Shown here piece by piece: positions 1-12,051 of a DNA stretch of 64,000 bases. The stretch is from NCBI RefSeq assembly GCF_003334305.1, contig NZ_QOWS01000014.1. One strand, given 5' to 3'. A program made the translations under genes and the position numbers. Source of the stretch: Escherichia coli (GTDB taxonomy: Bacteria > Pseudomonadota > Gammaproteobacteria > Enterobacterales > Enterobacteriaceae). The stretch's first letter is position 1. The number at the start of each line of letters is the position of its first letter. The notes below the pieces were generated by a model that did not search any database, was not told the origin of the DNA, and saw nothing but the letters and a program-made list of their open reading frames with translations.

Positions 1-2835
1 CAGCCTGCCGTGACGGTCATACCGGTAAAGATAGTGCGCGTCACGGGCGATACGGTTATCCGGCCACATGCTGAGGGTGCTGTCCGGGTGCAGCTCCGGG
101 TCGGGCAGGCGGTTGCCCGCCGGGTCCGTGGCATACGGGATGCGGATATCCAGATTCGCTGCGGTGGTGTGAACGCCGGTCAGCCTGCCGGTGGTGCTGT
201 AGCTGTAACTCCGGGTCTGGCGCGGGCTGCTGATGCGGATGAGTTCGCCGTTGTCGTTCCAGGTGTAATCGCGGTCATACTGCAGGCTGTTCAGGTGCTG
301 ACGCTGTAACTGCCCGGCAGGGGTGTAAGCGGTGGTGAGTTCATAACGGCCGAAGCGGCGCAGCGTTTCCCGGTGCAGGCGGTCGCGGGTGTACTCCACC
401 AGCGGTGTGTCGCCGAGTTTCATGCCTGCCAGGTAACCGCTGCCGTAGGTCAGCCATTCCACGGCGGGCAGGCTGTCCGGTATACAGCGGTTCGCCAGTC
501 CCTGCGCGTTGTACGCATGTCTGGTCTCATGCTGCCAGAGCAGTGCTTCCGTCTGCGGGTGATGCACCGTCTGGCGCTCACCGGTCAGGCGGCCTTTCTC
601 ATCATACCTGTAATGCACCGCTACCCGGTGCCCTTCGCTGATATGGCTGATGTCTGTCAGCCAGCCACGTTCGTCATACCGCCACCGCTCTGCGGTTTCA
701 CCCTTCACGGTGCGGTGCGTGAGGCGGTCTGCTTCGTCATAGTGCCAGTGGGTGACCAGACCCTCATCCTCGCTGCGGATAAGTTTGCCGGTCAGGTCGT
801 GGTGATAACGCTGTGTGCGGCCGTCAAAGCCGGTTTCCTGTATCAGCCGGTCAAGTACATCGTAACGGAAGGTGGTGTGGCTGCCGTTTTCACTGGTCAG
901 GCGGATGACCCGTCCGGCAGCATCGTATTCCATACTGCGCGTCAGCCCGCCCTGCGTGGTACGGACGGCCTTTCCCCACGCATCGTACTGTGTCCCGTTT
1001 CTGCTGCCGTCCGGGGCAATGACGGCGGTCAGGTCACCGGCGATGTTGTATTCATACCGCGTTTCATGGCCCTGCGTGTCTTTCACCGCAGTTAACTGTC
1101 CACGGCTGTCGTATGCGTGGTACTGGCTCAGGCCTTCCTCGCGGTGCACCGCCGTCACCTGACCAAAACGGTCATGGTCATAGCGGGTTACATAACCGGA
1201 ACAGTCAGTGAAGGTCAGCAACTGACCGTAACGGCTCCACGTCATGGTTTTCCGGCTGCCGGTGGCATCGTCCGTTGCGCAGGGGAGGTCACTGTGTGGA
1301 TTATCATAACGGTAGCGGGTGATATCGCCGTCAGGGGCAGTTTCCTGAATCAGACGGCCGGATTCATCATATTCCCGGCGCAATTCCAGCCCGTCAGGCC
1401 CGGTGGCTGACGTTAACTGGTTGTGGTGGTTATAGTAAAACGCCGATGCCCTGCCATCCGGCGTGGTTATGCGCGTGATGAGGCCCGTCACCACATCCGG
1501 GCTGTACTCTGTTGTCCTGCCTGCGGCATCCGTCTGTGCCCTGAGCCTGCCCACGGCGTCAAACTGACTCTGCGTGACGCTGCCGTCCGCGTGTTCCTTT
1601 TTCACCACCCGCTTCAGCCCGGCTTCGCCCTGCGTGTGCAGCACTTCACGGCGGTCCAGGCTGTCGGTGATGGTGATGTGGTCTTTCTCATACTGATACG
1701 TGTAGCTTAAGCCTGCCGGGTTTAGCTGTTCTGTCACCCGCCCGTCGCTGTCGTAACGGTAACGGATTTCCGGTCGGCTCGTGTGACGGTGCGCCACCAT
1801 CCGGCCCCGGTATTTATCATCGTAAGTAAAGCTGCGCACCTGTGTATTGCTGCGGTCATACACTGCCGCCAGTTCGCCGCGCGGCGTCCAGCCATAGCGC
1901 ACCAGCGGCGCGGCAGGTAAATTCTCCGGGTATTCCGGGTCGTGCGTCAGCCACACGGCAGACAGACGGATGCCGTTGTCCCGGCCATATTCGGTGTAAC
2001 CCGGCAGGGTATCAGGAAAAGCGGACGGTTCCGTCCCGCCGGAAATGGCCTGCTGCCGGGCTTCTTCTGCCCGCTGCGCCTGCGTGGTCAGTACCAGCCG
2101 GAAGTGACGCCCGGCACCATCCGTCACGCCGGTGATTTCGCCGCTGAATTCACCGGCGGCTTCGTGGTGGAACGTCTGTGTGCGCCCGAAGCGGTCCACC
2201 AGCCCGGTCAGTACCCGGTACGGCGGCAGCGGCGCAGGCAGCACCTCATCCGCTTCCGGCACCCGCTCACACCAGCCGAGTACCCACCACGGCCCCTGCG
2301 GACTGTTTGTCGCCAGATAACGATGCGGACTCAGGCGAAGCTCTTCCGGCAGCGCCTGCCAGAGTGCGGCCAGCCGGTGACCTTCATCCAGTTTCGCCAC
2401 ACCGCCGCGCACCAGCCAGAGTGATTCGCTGCGGCTGTAACCGTCCTCACCGGGAAACAGGTGCTCAAAATACAGGCTTCTGCCGCCGTTATCACTGAGT
2501 ATCAGTGTGTTATCGCGCAGCTGTAAGCGGATATCCGCAGGCATTTTCCAGCCGGGGCCGAGGCTCCCCACCGGCGCGGGCGTTTTTGTCCGGTAACTGC
2601 TGTAGGTGCGGGAGAGAATGAACGGCAGCGGGCCGGGCAGGGCGATGTCGGTTTCACCGGGAAGGACCTTTGCACCCAGCAGCGGATTGACCGGATGGCC
2701 GGACGTCACCCCGCCGGGGCACACCGAACAGGCCACGCCGGTGGGGGCACCGATGCGCACCCCGGCTGAACCCTGGACAATGCTACCGCCATACTGCGTC
2801 ATGTCGCCCTGACGCGCCGCCGGTTTTCCGCTCAT
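1..2835 (-). CDS. rhsC: Rhs-family core protein, N-terminal ~945 codons; gene continues beyond the window start
   Basis: Minus-strand frame open from ATG at 2835..2833 to position 1; translation begins [33 protein letters not shown] and carries YD-repeat blocks (RYDxxGRL). AAGGA 7 nt upstream of the ATG. Absent from the ORF track because no stop falls in the window. Symbol assigned from position next to ybfA only. Confidence 0.85.
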
Positions 2836-3023
2836 CTGCTCATCCTTGTTTTATCGGGTTATTTGTCTGCTGACAGGCGAAACCCTACAGATTTATAAGA
2901 AAGCCTTAAGTGAGATATCTGTCAGATAAGAACAATTAGGAAAATATTTATATATATTTCATGAATATATGTTTCGATTGGTATAACGATGTCTAAATAT
3001 TCCTCTGAACATCTTCCTGATAC

Positions 3024-3055
3024 AAAAAACCGCCAGCGTTTCCGCTGGCGGTTTT
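3024..3055. terminator. Hairpin CCGCCAGCG-TTTC-CGCTGGCGG flanked by an A-run and a T-run; likely intrinsic terminator downstream of ybfA
   Basis: Perfect 9-bp inverted repeat at 3030..3051 with A6 before and T4 after; sits just 3' of the ybfA stop on the minus strand. Confidence 0.6.
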
Positions 3056-3077
3056 CAATGTATTCAAAACTCAGCAA

Positions 3078-3284
3078 TCAATAAAAATCACCAGTTGCCT
3101 TTTCGGCCTGATCCATCCACACCGGTTTATCGCTGGTTTTCGACCAGACGCGATGCAGGTAGCTGTAAAAGCGGGCGCGGTCTTTCCAGAAAAGCATGAA
3201 AGGCAGCGCCAGAACGCCCGCTGCAACCGCATAAGTACGGCGTAAAAAGATAAGCCATGCAGGATATTCTCTGTAGAGTTCCAT
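3078..3284 (-). CDS. ybfA: Small membrane protein YbfA (DUF2517), 68 aa
   Basis: ORF-track protein [42 protein letters not shown] matches YbfA as I recall it; position between the Rhs gene and kdp as in K-12. Confidence 0.85.
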
Positions 3285-3493
3285 ACTTTTCTCCCCCTTT
3301 TGTATCTACCCGGTGAATGGCACCGGAAAAATGAATTTGTTTATCTGATGAAAATAGTACCGCCTTTTGTGTAATTTTACTACTCATCCGACCACTTATT
3401 TTTGCTTATTGATGGTTTATTTACATTCATCCTGTAATTAAGTTACACAAAAGTTAAATTAATACTAAACATTAGTTAAATCATGGCTTTTGC

Positions 3494-3560
3494 CATTTTT
3501 ATACTTTTTTTACACCCCGCCCGCAGATTTTTGCGAAATCTTTGCAGCCAGAATTCTACC
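3494..3560 (+). promoter_or_regulatory. kdpFABC promoter region with KdpE direct-repeat box
   Basis: TTTTTATACTTTTTTTACACC (about 3496..3516: TTTATA-N5-TTTACA direct repeats) followed by TTGCGA at 3531..3536, about 60 bp upstream of kdpF. Matches the known KdpE site architecture; exact -10 not resolved. Confidence 0.6.
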
Positions 3561-3596
3561 CTTCCGGTATCACTTTTAGGCCACTGGAGGTGCACT

Positions 3597-3686
3597 GTGA
3601 GTGCAGGCGTGATAACCGGCGTATTGCTGGTGTTTTTATTACTGGGTTATCTGGTTTATGCCCTGATCAATGCGGAGGCGTTCTGA
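3597..3686 (+). CDS. kdpF: KdpF, 29-aa subunit of the Kdp K+-ATPase (GTG start)
   Basis: Translation of the last 29 codons of ORF 3483..3686 is (M)[33 protein letters not shown] 6 nt upstream of GTG at 3597; stop overlaps the kdpA ATG. Confidence 0.85.
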
Positions 3687-5359
3687 TGGCTGCGCAAGGG
3701 TTCTTACTGATCGCCACGTTTTTACTGGTGTTAATGGTGCTGGCGCGTCCTTTAGGCAGCGGGCTGGCGCGGCTGATTAATGACATTCCTCTTCCCGGTA
3801 CAACGGGCGTTGAGCGCGTACTTTTTCGCGCACTTGGCGTCTCTGACCGTGAGATGAACTGGAAGCAATATCTTTGTGCCATTCTCGGCCTGAACATGCT
3901 GGGGCTGGCGGTGCTGTTTTTTATGTTGCTCGGTCAGCACTATCTGCCGCTTAATCCACAGCAGTTGCCGGGGCTGTCGTGGGATCTGGCGCTGAATACC
4001 GCCGTCAGCTTTGTCACGAATACCAACTGGCAATCTTACAGCGGTGAAACCACGTTGAGCTATTTCAGCCAGATGGCTGGCTTAACGGTGCAAAACTTTC
4101 TTTCTGCCGCCAGCGGGATTGCGGTGATTTTTGCCCTCATCCGTGCGTTTACCCGCCAGAGCATGAGCACACTCGGGAATGCCTGGGTCGATCTGCTACG
4201 CATCACGTTATGGGTGCTCGTCCCTGTGGCGTTGTTGATCGCACTGTTTTTTATTCAACAAGGTGCGCTGCAAAACTTTCAGCCTTATCAGGCTGTGAAT
4301 ACCGTTGAAGGAGCGCAACAGCTGTTACCCATGGGGCCTGTAGCTTCTCAGGAAGCGATCAAGATGCTCGGTACTAACGGCGGTGGCTTCTTTAATGCCA
4401 ACTCGTCGCATCCGTTTGAAAACCCAACCGCACTGACCAACTTCGTGCAGATGCTGGCGATCTTCTTGATCCCAACGGCGCTGTGCTTTGCCTTTGGTGA
4501 AGTGACGGGCGATCGCCGCCAGGGGCGCATGTTGCTGTGGGCGATGTCAGTGATTTTTGTCATCTGCGTAGGCGTGGTGATGTGGGCAGAAGTTCAGGGT
4601 AATCCTCATCTGCTGGCGCTCGGCGCAGACAGCAGCATCAATATGGAAGGTAAAGAGAGCCGTTTCGGCGTGCTGGTCAGTAGCCTGTTTGCGGTCGTGA
4701 CTACGGCGGCTTCCTGTGGCGCGGTGATTGCGATGCATGATTCGTTTACCGCTCTCGGTGGCATGGTGCCGATGTGGCTGATGCAAATTGGTGAAGTGGT
4801 GTTCGGCGGTGTCGGTTCTGGTCTTTACGGCATGATGCTGTTTGTCCTGCTGGCGGTGTTTATTGCCGGGCTGATGATTGGTCGTACACCGGAATATCTG
4901 GGTAAAAAAATCGACGTACGCGAGATGAAACTGACTGCACTGGCGATTCTGGTTACCCCGACGCTGGTGCTGATGGGCGCGGCGCTGGCAATGATGACCG
5001 ACGCCGGACGTAGCGCCATGCTCAACCCTGGCCCGCATGGTTTTAGCGAAGTGCTGTACGCCGTGTCATCCGCCGCTAACAACAACGGCAGCGCCTTTGC
5101 CGGATTAAGCGCCAACTCCCCGTTCTGGAACTGTTTACTGGCGTTCTGCATGTTTGTCGGTCGCTTCGGGGTGATTATCCCGGTGATGGCAATTGCCGGT
5201 TCGCTGGTGAGTAAAAAGAGCCAACCCGCCAGCTCCGGCACGCTGCCAACGCACGGCCCGCTGTTTGTTGGCCTGTTAATCGGCACCGTGTTGCTGGTTG
5301 GCGCACTGACCTTTATCCCTGCCCTGGCGCTTGGTCCGGTGGCGGAATATCTCTCCTGA
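3686..5359 (+). CDS. kdpA: K+-transporting ATPase subunit KdpA, 557 aa
   Basis: Internal ATG of ORF 3542..5359 gives [24 protein letters not shown]..., the KdpA N-terminus; ATG overlaps the kdpF TGA (ATGA-type coupling). Confidence 0.95.
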   Translation: MAAQGFLLIATFLLVLMVLARPLGSGLARLINDIPLPGTTGVERVLFRALGVSDREMNWKQYLCAILGLNMLGLAVLFFMLLGQHYLPLNPQQLPGLSWDLALNTAVSFVTNTNWQSYSGETTLSYFSQMAGLTVQNFLSAASGIAVIFALIRAFTRQSMSTLGNAWVDLLRITLWVLVPVALLIALFFIQQGALQNFQPYQAVNTVEGAQQLLPMGPVASQEAIKMLGTNGGGFFNANSSHPFENPTALTNFVQMLAIFLIPTALCFAFGEVTGDRRQGRMLLWAMSVIFVICVGVVMWAEVQGNPHLLALGADSSINMEGKESRFGVLVSSLFAVVTTAASCGAVIAMHDSFTALGGMVPMWLMQIGEVVFGGVGSGLYGMMLFVLLAVFIAGLMIGRTPEYLGKKIDVREMKLTALAILVTPTLVLMGAALAMMTDAGRSAMLNPGPHGFSEVLYAVSSAANNNGSAFAGLSANSPFWNCLLAFCMFVGRFGVIIPVMAIAGSLVSKKSQPASSGTLPTHGPLFVGLLIGTVLLVGALTFIPALALGPVAEYLS

Positions 5360-5381
5360 TGATATTGAGTGAGCACTGAAT

Positions 5382-7430
5382 ATGAGTCGTAAACAACTGG
5401 CGCTATTCGAACCAACACTTGTCGTTCAGGCGCTGAAAGAAGCGGTGAAAAAATTAAACCCGCAGGCGCAATGGCGCAATCCGGTGATGTTTATCGTCTG
5501 GATCGGCAGTCTGCTGACCACCTGTATTAGCATCGCGATGGCAAGCGGTGCGATGCCTGGCAATGCGCTGTTTAGCGCGGCAATTAGCGGCTGGCTGTGG
5601 GTCACCGTACTGTTCGCTAATTTCGCCGAGGCGCTGGCAGAAGGCCGCAGTAAAGCGCAGGCCAACAGTCTTAAAGGGGTGAAAAAAACTGCCTTTGCCC
5701 GCAAGCTGCGTGAGCCGAAATATGGCGCTGCGGCGGACAAAGTTCCTGCCGATCAACTGCGTAAAGGTGACATCGTGCTGGTAGAAGCTGGCGATATTAT
5801 CCCCTGCGATGGTGAAGTCATTGAAGGCGGCGCATCGGTCGATGAAAGCGCCATCACCGGGGAATCGGCACCGGTGATCCGTGAATCCGGCGGCGATTTT
5901 GCCTCCGTCACCGGCGGCACGCGTATTCTTTCTGACTGGCTGGTGATTGAGTGTAGCGTTAACCCCGGTGAGACATTTCTGGATCGGATGATCGCGATGG
6001 TGGAAGGCGCACAGCGACGCAAAACACCGAACGAGATTGCCCTGACTATCCTGCTGATTGCTCTGACCATCGTCTTTTTACTGGCAACCGCCACGCTGTG
6101 GCCGTTTTCCGCGTGGGGCGGTAATGCCGTGAGTGTAACGGTACTGGTGGCGCTGCTGGTCTGTCTGATCCCAACCACTATTGGCGGCCTGTTGTCAGCG
6201 ATCGGCGTCGCCGGGATGAGTCGGATGCTGGGCGCGAATGTGATTGCCACCAGCGGACGTGCAGTTGAAGCGGCAGGTGACGTTGACGTTCTGCTACTGG
6301 ATAAAACCGGCACCATCACACTCGGTAACCGTCAGGCGTCGGAGTTTATCCCTGCGCAGGGCGTGGATGAAAAAACGCTGGCTGACGCCGCACAACTGGC
6401 TTCGCTGGCTGATGAAACGCCGGAAGGCCGCAGTATTGTGATCCTCGCCAAGCAACGTTTTAACCTGCGCGAGCGCGATGTGCAGTCGCTCCATGCCACC
6501 TTTGTACCGTTTACTGCGCAAAGCCGGATGAGCGGGATCAACATCGACAACCGCATGATCCGTAAAGGTTCTGTCGATGCCATTCGCCGCCATGTTGAGG
6601 CTAACGGCGGTCACTTCCCTACCGATGTTGATCAAAAAGTCGATCAGGTTGCGCGTCAGGGGGCCACGCCGCTGGTGGTGGTGGAAGGTTCCCGTGTGCT
6701 GGGCGTTATTGCGCTGAAAGATATCGTCAAAGGCGGTATTAAAGAGCGCTTCGCCCAGCTGCGCAAAATGGGCATTAAAACGGTGATGATTACCGGCGAT
6801 AACCGTCTGACTGCCGCCGCCATTGCTGCGGAAGCGGGCGTCGATGATTTTCTCGCCGAAGCGACACCGGAGGCCAAGCTGGCATTGATTCGTCAGTATC
6901 AGGCGGAAGGCCGTTTGGTGGCGATGACCGGCGACGGCACCAACGATGCTCCAGCGCTGGCGCAGGCAGATGTCGCGGTGGCGATGAACTCCGGTACTCA
7001 GGCGGCGAAAGAAGCGGGCAATATGGTCGATCTCGACTCTAACCCGACCAAGTTGATCGAGGTGGTACATATTGGCAAACAGATGCTGATGACCCGTGGC
7101 TCGCTGACCACCTTCAGCATTGCCAACGATGTGGCGAAATACTTCGCCATTATTCCGGCGGCGTTCGCGGCAACGTATCCGCAGTTAAATGCGCTGAACA
7201 TCATGCGCCTTCATTCGCCCGACTCCGCCATTCTCAGTGCGGTCATTTTCAACGCCTTGATTATCGTCTTTTTGATTCCTCTGGCGTTAAAAGGCGTGAG
7301 TTATAAACCGCTTACCGCTTCTGCCATGTTGCGCCGTAACTTATGGATTTACGGTCTGGGTGGGCTGCTGGTGCCGTTTATTGGTATCAAAGTCATTGAT
7401 TTACTGCTGACCGTTTGCGGTCTGGTGTGA
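5382..7430 (+). CDS. kdpB: K+-transporting P-type ATPase catalytic subunit KdpB, 682 aa
   Basis: ORF-track protein with P-type ATPase motifs DKTGT (phosphorylation site), TGDN and GDGTNDAP. Confidence 0.97.
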   Translation: MSRKQLALFEPTLVVQALKEAVKKLNPQAQWRNPVMFIVWIGSLLTTCISIAMASGAMPGNALFSAAISGWLWVTVLFANFAEALAEGRSKAQANSLKGVKKTAFARKLREPKYGAAADKVPADQLRKGDIVLVEAGDIIPCDGEVIEGGASVDESAITGESAPVIRESGGDFASVTGGTRILSDWLVIECSVNPGETFLDRMIAMVEGAQRRKTPNEIALTILLIALTIVFLLATATLWPFSAWGGNAVSVTVLVALLVCLIPTTIGGLLSAIGVAGMSRMLGANVIATSGRAVEAAGDVDVLLLDKTGTITLGNRQASEFIPAQGVDEKTLADAAQLASLADETPEGRSIVILAKQRFNLRERDVQSLHATFVPFTAQSRMSGINIDNRMIRKGSVDAIRRHVEANGGHFPTDVDQKVDQVARQGATPLVVVEGSRVLGVIALKDIVKGGIKERFAQLRKMGIKTVMITGDNRLTAAAIAAEAGVDDFLAEATPEAKLALIRQYQAEGRLVAMTGDGTNDAPALAQADVAVAMNSGTQAAKEAGNMVDLDSNPTKLIEVVHIGKQMLMTRGSLTTFSIANDVAKYFAIIPAAFAATYPQLNALNIMRLHSPDSAILSAVIFNALIIVFLIPLALKGVSYKPLTASAMLRRNLWIYGLGGLLVPFIGIKVIDLLLTVCGLV

Positions 7431-7438
7431 GGTTTACC

Positions 7439-8011
7439 ATGCGTGGCTTACGTCCGGCATTATCGACATTTATCTTTCTGTTATTGATTACTGGCGGCGT
7501 TTACCCGCTGCTGACCACCGTGCTGGGGCAATGGTGGTTTCCCTGGCAGGCCAACGGTTCGTTGATTCGTGAAGGTGATACGGTGCGGGGTTCGGCATTA
7601 ATCGGGCAGAATTTTACCGGCAACGGCTATTTTCAGGGTCGCCCGTCGGCAACGGCAGAAATGCCCTATAATCCACAGGCTTCTGGCGGGAGCAATCTGG
7701 CGGTCAGTAACCCTGAGCTGGATAAACAAATAGCCGCACGCGTTGCTGCATTACGGGCCGCTAACCCGGATGCCAGTACGAACGTTCCGGTTGAACTGGT
7801 GACGGCATCGGCAAGCGGGCTGGACAATAATATCACCCCGCAAGCGGCGGTCTGGCAAATCCCACGCGTGGCGAAAGCGCGTAATCTCAGCGTTGAACAG
7901 CTCACGCAACTGATCGCAAAATACAGCCAACAACCGCTGGTGAAATATATCGGCCAGCCGGTCGTCAACATTGTTGAACTCAATCTGGCGCTGGATAAAC
8001 TTGATGAATAA
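7439..8011 (+). CDS. kdpC: K+-transporting ATPase subunit KdpC, 190 aa
   Basis: Internal ATG at 7439 (GAGG upstream) gives [40 protein letters not shown]; the upstream part of ORF 7415..8011 overlaps the kdpB 3' end and is not coding. Confidence 0.93.
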   Translation: MRGLRPALSTFIFLLLITGGVYPLLTTVLGQWWFPWQANGSLIREGDTVRGSALIGQNFTGNGYFQGRPSATAEMPYNPQASGGSNLAVSNPELDKQIAARVAALRAANPDASTNVPVELVTASASGLDNNITPQAAVWQIPRVAKARNLSVEQLTQLIAKYSQQPLVKYIGQPVVNIVELNLALDKLDE

Positions 8012-10688
8012 CGAACCCTTACGTCCCGACCCCGATCGTCTGCTGGAACAAACTGCCGCGCCGCATCGGGGGAAGCTGAAAGTTTTCTTCGGTGCCTGTG
8101 CAGGCGTCGGGAAGACCTGGGCGATGCTGGCAGAAGCCCAGCGACTGCGGGCGCAAGGGCTGGATATTGTGGTTGGCGTGGTAGAAACCCATGGGCGGAA
8201 AGATACCGCCGCCATGCTTGAAGGGCTGGCTGTTCTGCCGCCCAAACGCCAGGCGTACCGTGGGCGGCATATCAGCGAGTTTGATCTCGATGCCGCCCTC
8301 GCCCGCCGTCCGGCGCTGATCTTAATGGACGAACTGGCGCACAGTAATGCGCCAGGTTCTCGTCATCCTAAACGCTGGCAGGATATCGAAGAACTGCTGG
8401 AAGCTGGCATTGATGTTTTCACAACCGTCAACGTTCAGCATCTGGAAAGTCTGAATGATGTGGTCAGCGGCGTCACCGGAATTCAGGTACGGGAAACCGT
8501 GCCCGATCCTTTTTTCGATGCCGCCGACGACGTAGTGCTGGTGGACTTGCCCCCGGACGATCTGCGCCAGCGGCTGAAAGAAGGCAAAGTCTATATTGCC
8601 GGGCAGGCGGAGCGCGCCATTGAACATTTTTTCCGCAAAGGCAATCTGATCGCCCTGCGTGAACTGGCACTGCGCCGTACTGCCGATCGCGTAGATGAGC
8701 AAATGCGCGCCTGGCGGGGGCATCCTGGTGAAGAGAAAGTGTGGCACACGCGCGACGCGATCCTTTTATGCATCGGGCATAACACCGGCAGTGAGAAACT
8801 GGTCCGCGCGGCGGCGCGGTTGGCCTCGCGCCTGGGTAGCGTCTGGCACGCGGTGTATGTTGAAACCCCTGCCCTGCATCGCTTACCGGAAAAAAAACGT
8901 CGGGCAATTCTCAGCGCCTTACGTCTGGCGCAGGAGCTGGGCGCGGAGACGGCTACACTTTCTGATCCAGCGGAAGAAAAAGCAGTAGTGCGTTATGCCC
9001 GTGAACATAATCTCGGCAAGATTATTCTCGGTCGCCCGGCCTCGCGCCGCTGGTGGCGTCGGGAAACGTTTGCTGACCGACTGGCGCGCATCGCCCCCGA
9101 TCTCGATCAGGTGCTGGTCGCGCTTGATGAACCACCCGCCCGCACGATTAACAACGCGCCGGATAGCCGCTCTTTTAAAGACAAGTGGCGGGTACAGATT
9201 CAGGGATGCGTGGTTGCCGCCGCGTTATGCGCCGTTATCACTTTAATTGCCATGCAGTGGCTGATGGCGTTTGATGCCGCCAACCTGGTGATGCTGTATC
9301 TGCTTGGCGTGGTGGTGGTGGCGCTATTTTATGGACGCTGGCCTTCGGTGGTTGCTACCGTCATTAATGTGGTGAGTTTCGATCTCTTTTTTATCGCCCC
9401 ACGCGGCACGCTCGCTGTCTCTGATGTGCAATATCTGCTGACCTTCGCGGTGATGTTAACCGTCGGGCTGGTGATCGGGAACCTTACTGCGGGTGTGCGT
9501 TATCAGGCGCGGGTAGCCCGTTACCGCGAGCAACGCACACGGCACTTATATGAAATGTCGAAAGCTCTGGCGGTGGGCCGCAGTCCGCAGGACATCGCCG
9601 CCACCAGCGAACAATTTATTGCCTCCACGTTTCATGCCCGCAGTCAGGTGTTGTTGCCCGATGACAACGGTAAATTGCAGCCGTTAACACATCCGCAAGG
9701 AATGACCCCGTGGGACGATGCCATCGCACAGTGGAGTTTTGATAAAGGCCTGCCTGCGGGTGCGGGCACCGACACGTTACCCGGTGTACCGTACCAGATT
9801 TTGCCGTTAAAAAGCGGTGAGAAAACCTACGGGCTGGTGGTGGTGGAACCAGGGAATCTGCGTCAGTTGATGATCCCGGAACAGCAGCGCCTGCTGGAGA
9901 CGTTTACGCTGTTAGTCGCCAATGCGTTTGAGCGGCTTACGCTGACCGCCAGTGAAGAACAGGCGCGGATGGCAAGCGAACGGGAACAGATCCGCAACGC
10001 TCTGCTGGCGGCGCTTTCGCATGATTTACGCACGCCGCTCACGGTGCTGTTCGGTCAGGCAGAAATCTTAACGCTCGATCTGGCAAGCGAAGGATCGCCT
10101 CACGCCCGCCAGGCCAGCGAGATTCGTCAGCACGTGCTGAACACTACCCGACTGGTGAATAATCTACTGGATATGGCGCGAATTCAGTCCGGCGGCTTTA
10201 ATTTGAAGAAAGAGTGGTTAACGCTGGAAGAAGTGGTCGGCAGCGCGCTGCAAATGCTGGAACCGGGTTTATCGTCGCCCATCAATCTTTCTCTGCCAGA
10301 ACCGCTGACCTTAATCCACGTTGACGGGCCACTCTTTGAACGGGTGCTGATTAATCTGCTGGAGAACGCGGTGAAATATGCGGGTGCGCAGGCCGAAATT
10401 GGTATCGATGCCCACGTTGAGGGCGAAAATCTACAACTGGATGTCTGGGATAACGGCCCCGGTCTTCCGCCAGGCCAGGAGCAGACGATATTTGATAAGT
10501 TTGCTCGCGGGAATAAAGAGTCGGCAGTACCGGGGGTAGGGCTTGGACTGGCAATTTGTCGGGCGATAGTGGATGTACACGGGGGCACTATTACCGCGTT
10601 CAACCGACCGGAAGGTGGTGCCTGTTTTCGTGTTACACTTCCCCAGCAAACTGCCCCTGAACTTGAAGAATTTCATGAGGATATGTGA
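8004..10688 (+). CDS. kdpD: Sensor histidine kinase KdpD, 894 aa
   Basis: ATG at 8004 gives [45 protein letters not shown] (P-loop); C-terminal HisKA/HATPase motifs ([23 protein letters not shown]). Start overlaps the kdpC stop. Confidence 0.96.
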   Translation: MNNEPLRPDPDRLLEQTAAPHRGKLKVFFGACAGVGKTWAMLAEAQRLRAQGLDIVVGVVETHGRKDTAAMLEGLAVLPPKRQAYRGRHISEFDLDAALARRPALILMDELAHSNAPGSRHPKRWQDIEELLEAGIDVFTTVNVQHLESLNDVVSGVTGIQVRETVPDPFFDAADDVVLVDLPPDDLRQRLKEGKVYIAGQAERAIEHFFRKGNLIALRELALRRTADRVDEQMRAWRGHPGEEKVWHTRDAILLCIGHNTGSEKLVRAAARLASRLGSVWHAVYVETPALHRLPEKKRRAILSALRLAQELGAETATLSDPAEEKAVVRYAREHNLGKIILGRPASRRWWRRETFADRLARIAPDLDQVLVALDEPPARTINNAPDSRSFKDKWRVQIQGCVVAAALCAVITLIAMQWLMAFDAANLVMLYLLGVVVVALFYGRWPSVVATVINVVSFDLFFIAPRGTLAVSDVQYLLTFAVMLTVGLVIGNLTAGVRYQARVARYREQRTRHLYEMSKALAVGRSPQDIAATSEQFIASTFHARSQVLLPDDNGKLQPLTHPQGMTPWDDAIAQWSFDKGLPAGAGTDTLPGVPYQILPLKSGEKTYGLVVVEPGNLRQLMIPEQQRLLETFTLLVANAFERLTLTASEEQARMASEREQIRNALLAALSHDLRTPLTVLFGQAEILTLDLASEGSPHARQASEIRQHVLNTTRLVNNLLDMARIQSGGFNLKKEWLTLEEVVGSALQMLEPGLSSPINLSLPEPLTLIHVDGPLFERVLINLLENAVKYAGAQAEIGIDAHVEGENLQLDVWDNGPGLPPGQEQTIFDKFARGNKESAVPGVGLGLAICRAIVDVHGGTITAFNRPEGGACFRVTLPQQTAPELEEFHEDM

Positions 10689-11362
10689 CAAACGTTCTGA
10701 TTGTTGAAGATGAACAGGCTATTCGTCGCTTTCTGCGCACGGCGCTGGAGGGCGACGGGATGCGCGTCTATGAGGCCGAAACGCTGCAACGCGGCTTGCT
10801 GGAAGCGGCTACCCGTAAGCCAGATTTGATTATTCTCGATCTCGGCCTGCCCGATGGTGATGGGATTGAGTTTATCCGCGACCTGCGCCAGTGGAGCGCG
10901 GTGCCGGTGATTGTGCTTTCCGCACGCAGCGAAGAGAGCGACAAAATCGCCGCGCTGGATGCCGGAGCGGATGATTATCTGAGTAAGCCGTTTGGCATTG
11001 GCGAATTGCAGGCCCGTCTGCGCGTCGCTTTACGCCGCCACTCCGCCACCGCCGCGCCCGATCCGCTGGTGAAATTTTCCGATGTTACCGTCGATTTAGC
11101 CGCCCGCGTGATTCACCGGGGTGAGGAAGAGGTGCATCTCACGCCGATTGAGTTCCGCCTGCTGGCGGTGCTGCTGAATAATGCCGGGAAAGTGCTCACC
11201 CAGCGCCAGTTACTCAATCAGGTGTGGGGGCCAAACGCGGTCGAACACAGTCACTATTTGCGTATTTATATGGGACATCTGCGACAAAAACTGGAACAGG
11301 ATCCCGCTCGCCCCCGCCATTTCATTACTGAAACCGGTATTGGGTATCGGTTTATGCCATGA
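10685..11362 (+). CDS. kdpE: Response regulator KdpE (OmpR family), 225 aa
   Basis: ORF-track protein [32 protein letters not shown]...; receiver Asp in LIILDLGLPDGDG; winged-helix C-terminus; 4-bp overlap with kdpD. Confidence 0.96.
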   Translation: MTNVLIVEDEQAIRRFLRTALEGDGMRVYEAETLQRGLLEAATRKPDLIILDLGLPDGDGIEFIRDLRQWSAVPVIVLSARSEESDKIAALDAGADDYLSKPFGIGELQARLRVALRRHSATAAPDPLVKFSDVTVDLAARVIHRGEEEVHLTPIEFRLLAVLLNNAGKVLTQRQLLNQVWGPNAVEHSHYLRIYMGHLRQKLEQDPARPRHFITETGIGYRFMP

Positions 11363-11636
11363 ATGTTTATTCAATAAATGCGCTTAAATAATTATTAATT
11401 TATTATTAAACCTGCCAAAAATATTATTATTTGGCAGGTTTAATTTCTTAACGCAAATATAAAACACAAAATTACAACATTTAAATAACAAAACAGCATC
11501 TAATATGGCGCTATTCATAATTAATGATTTATTATTTGGGGTATGATCGTTTTTTGTTGATCTTCTTCACAGATTATAGCCATTTCATGGATAGAATAAC
11601 TCTACCTTCAACTGACACAGCAAGAGGTAAAGGTAA

Positions 11637-11741
11637 ATGGAAAATAATAACCGCTTAATGCCTCATATAAGGCGGACAACCCATATCATGAAGTTTGCCC
11701 ATCGTAATAGTTTTGACTTTCATTTCTTTAATGCCCGCTAG
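11637..11741 (+). CDS. speFL: speF leader arrest peptide SpeFL, 34 aa
   Basis: ATG 11637 to TAG 11739..11741 translates MENNNRLMPHIRRTTHIMKFAHRNSFDFHFFNAR, which I recognise as the ornithine-sensing leader peptide; 300 bp upstream of speF. Below the ORF-track size cutoff. Confidence 0.8.
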   Translation: MENNNRLMPHIRRTTHIMKFAHRNSFDFHFFNAR

Positions 11742-12051
11742 TCTTCTGACTAAAGGGCACCCCAACGTACAGGTCTCCCTGACTTTAAGCATTACAGGTT
11801 AATACCTGTATTCCTCGGTGCTCATATACTGCTAACCCTTTTAAACTCTAAATAATTCGAGTCGCAGCACTTGCAACTTGAGGTATGACGAGTATAGCCA
11901 GTTACCGGGCTGGTCTGGGTTATTGCATCTGCAAAAAGCAAACTACTGATTTATTTATCAGCGGTGGAGCTTTGCTTTTTTTCCGGCGTGATCGATTTCT
12001 CCTTTGAGAAATTGAGGACCTGCTATTACCTGAAATAAAGAGATGAACAAA

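Noticed and set aside
10-2812. Plus-strand ORFs of 60-240 aa (e.g. 373..1095, 1942..2424) across the first 2.8 kb
   Set aside because: They lie antisense to the Rhs core gene, whose minus-strand frame is open across the whole region; GC-rich Rhs DNA yields long spurious ORFs, and the translations are Arg/Ala/Pro/Gly-rich with no recognisable domains.
6294-7070. 258-aa minus-strand ORF (and other minus-strand ORFs across kdpA/kdpB/kdpD)
   Set aside because: Antisense to the kdp structural genes, which are securely identified; no RBS or promoter support.
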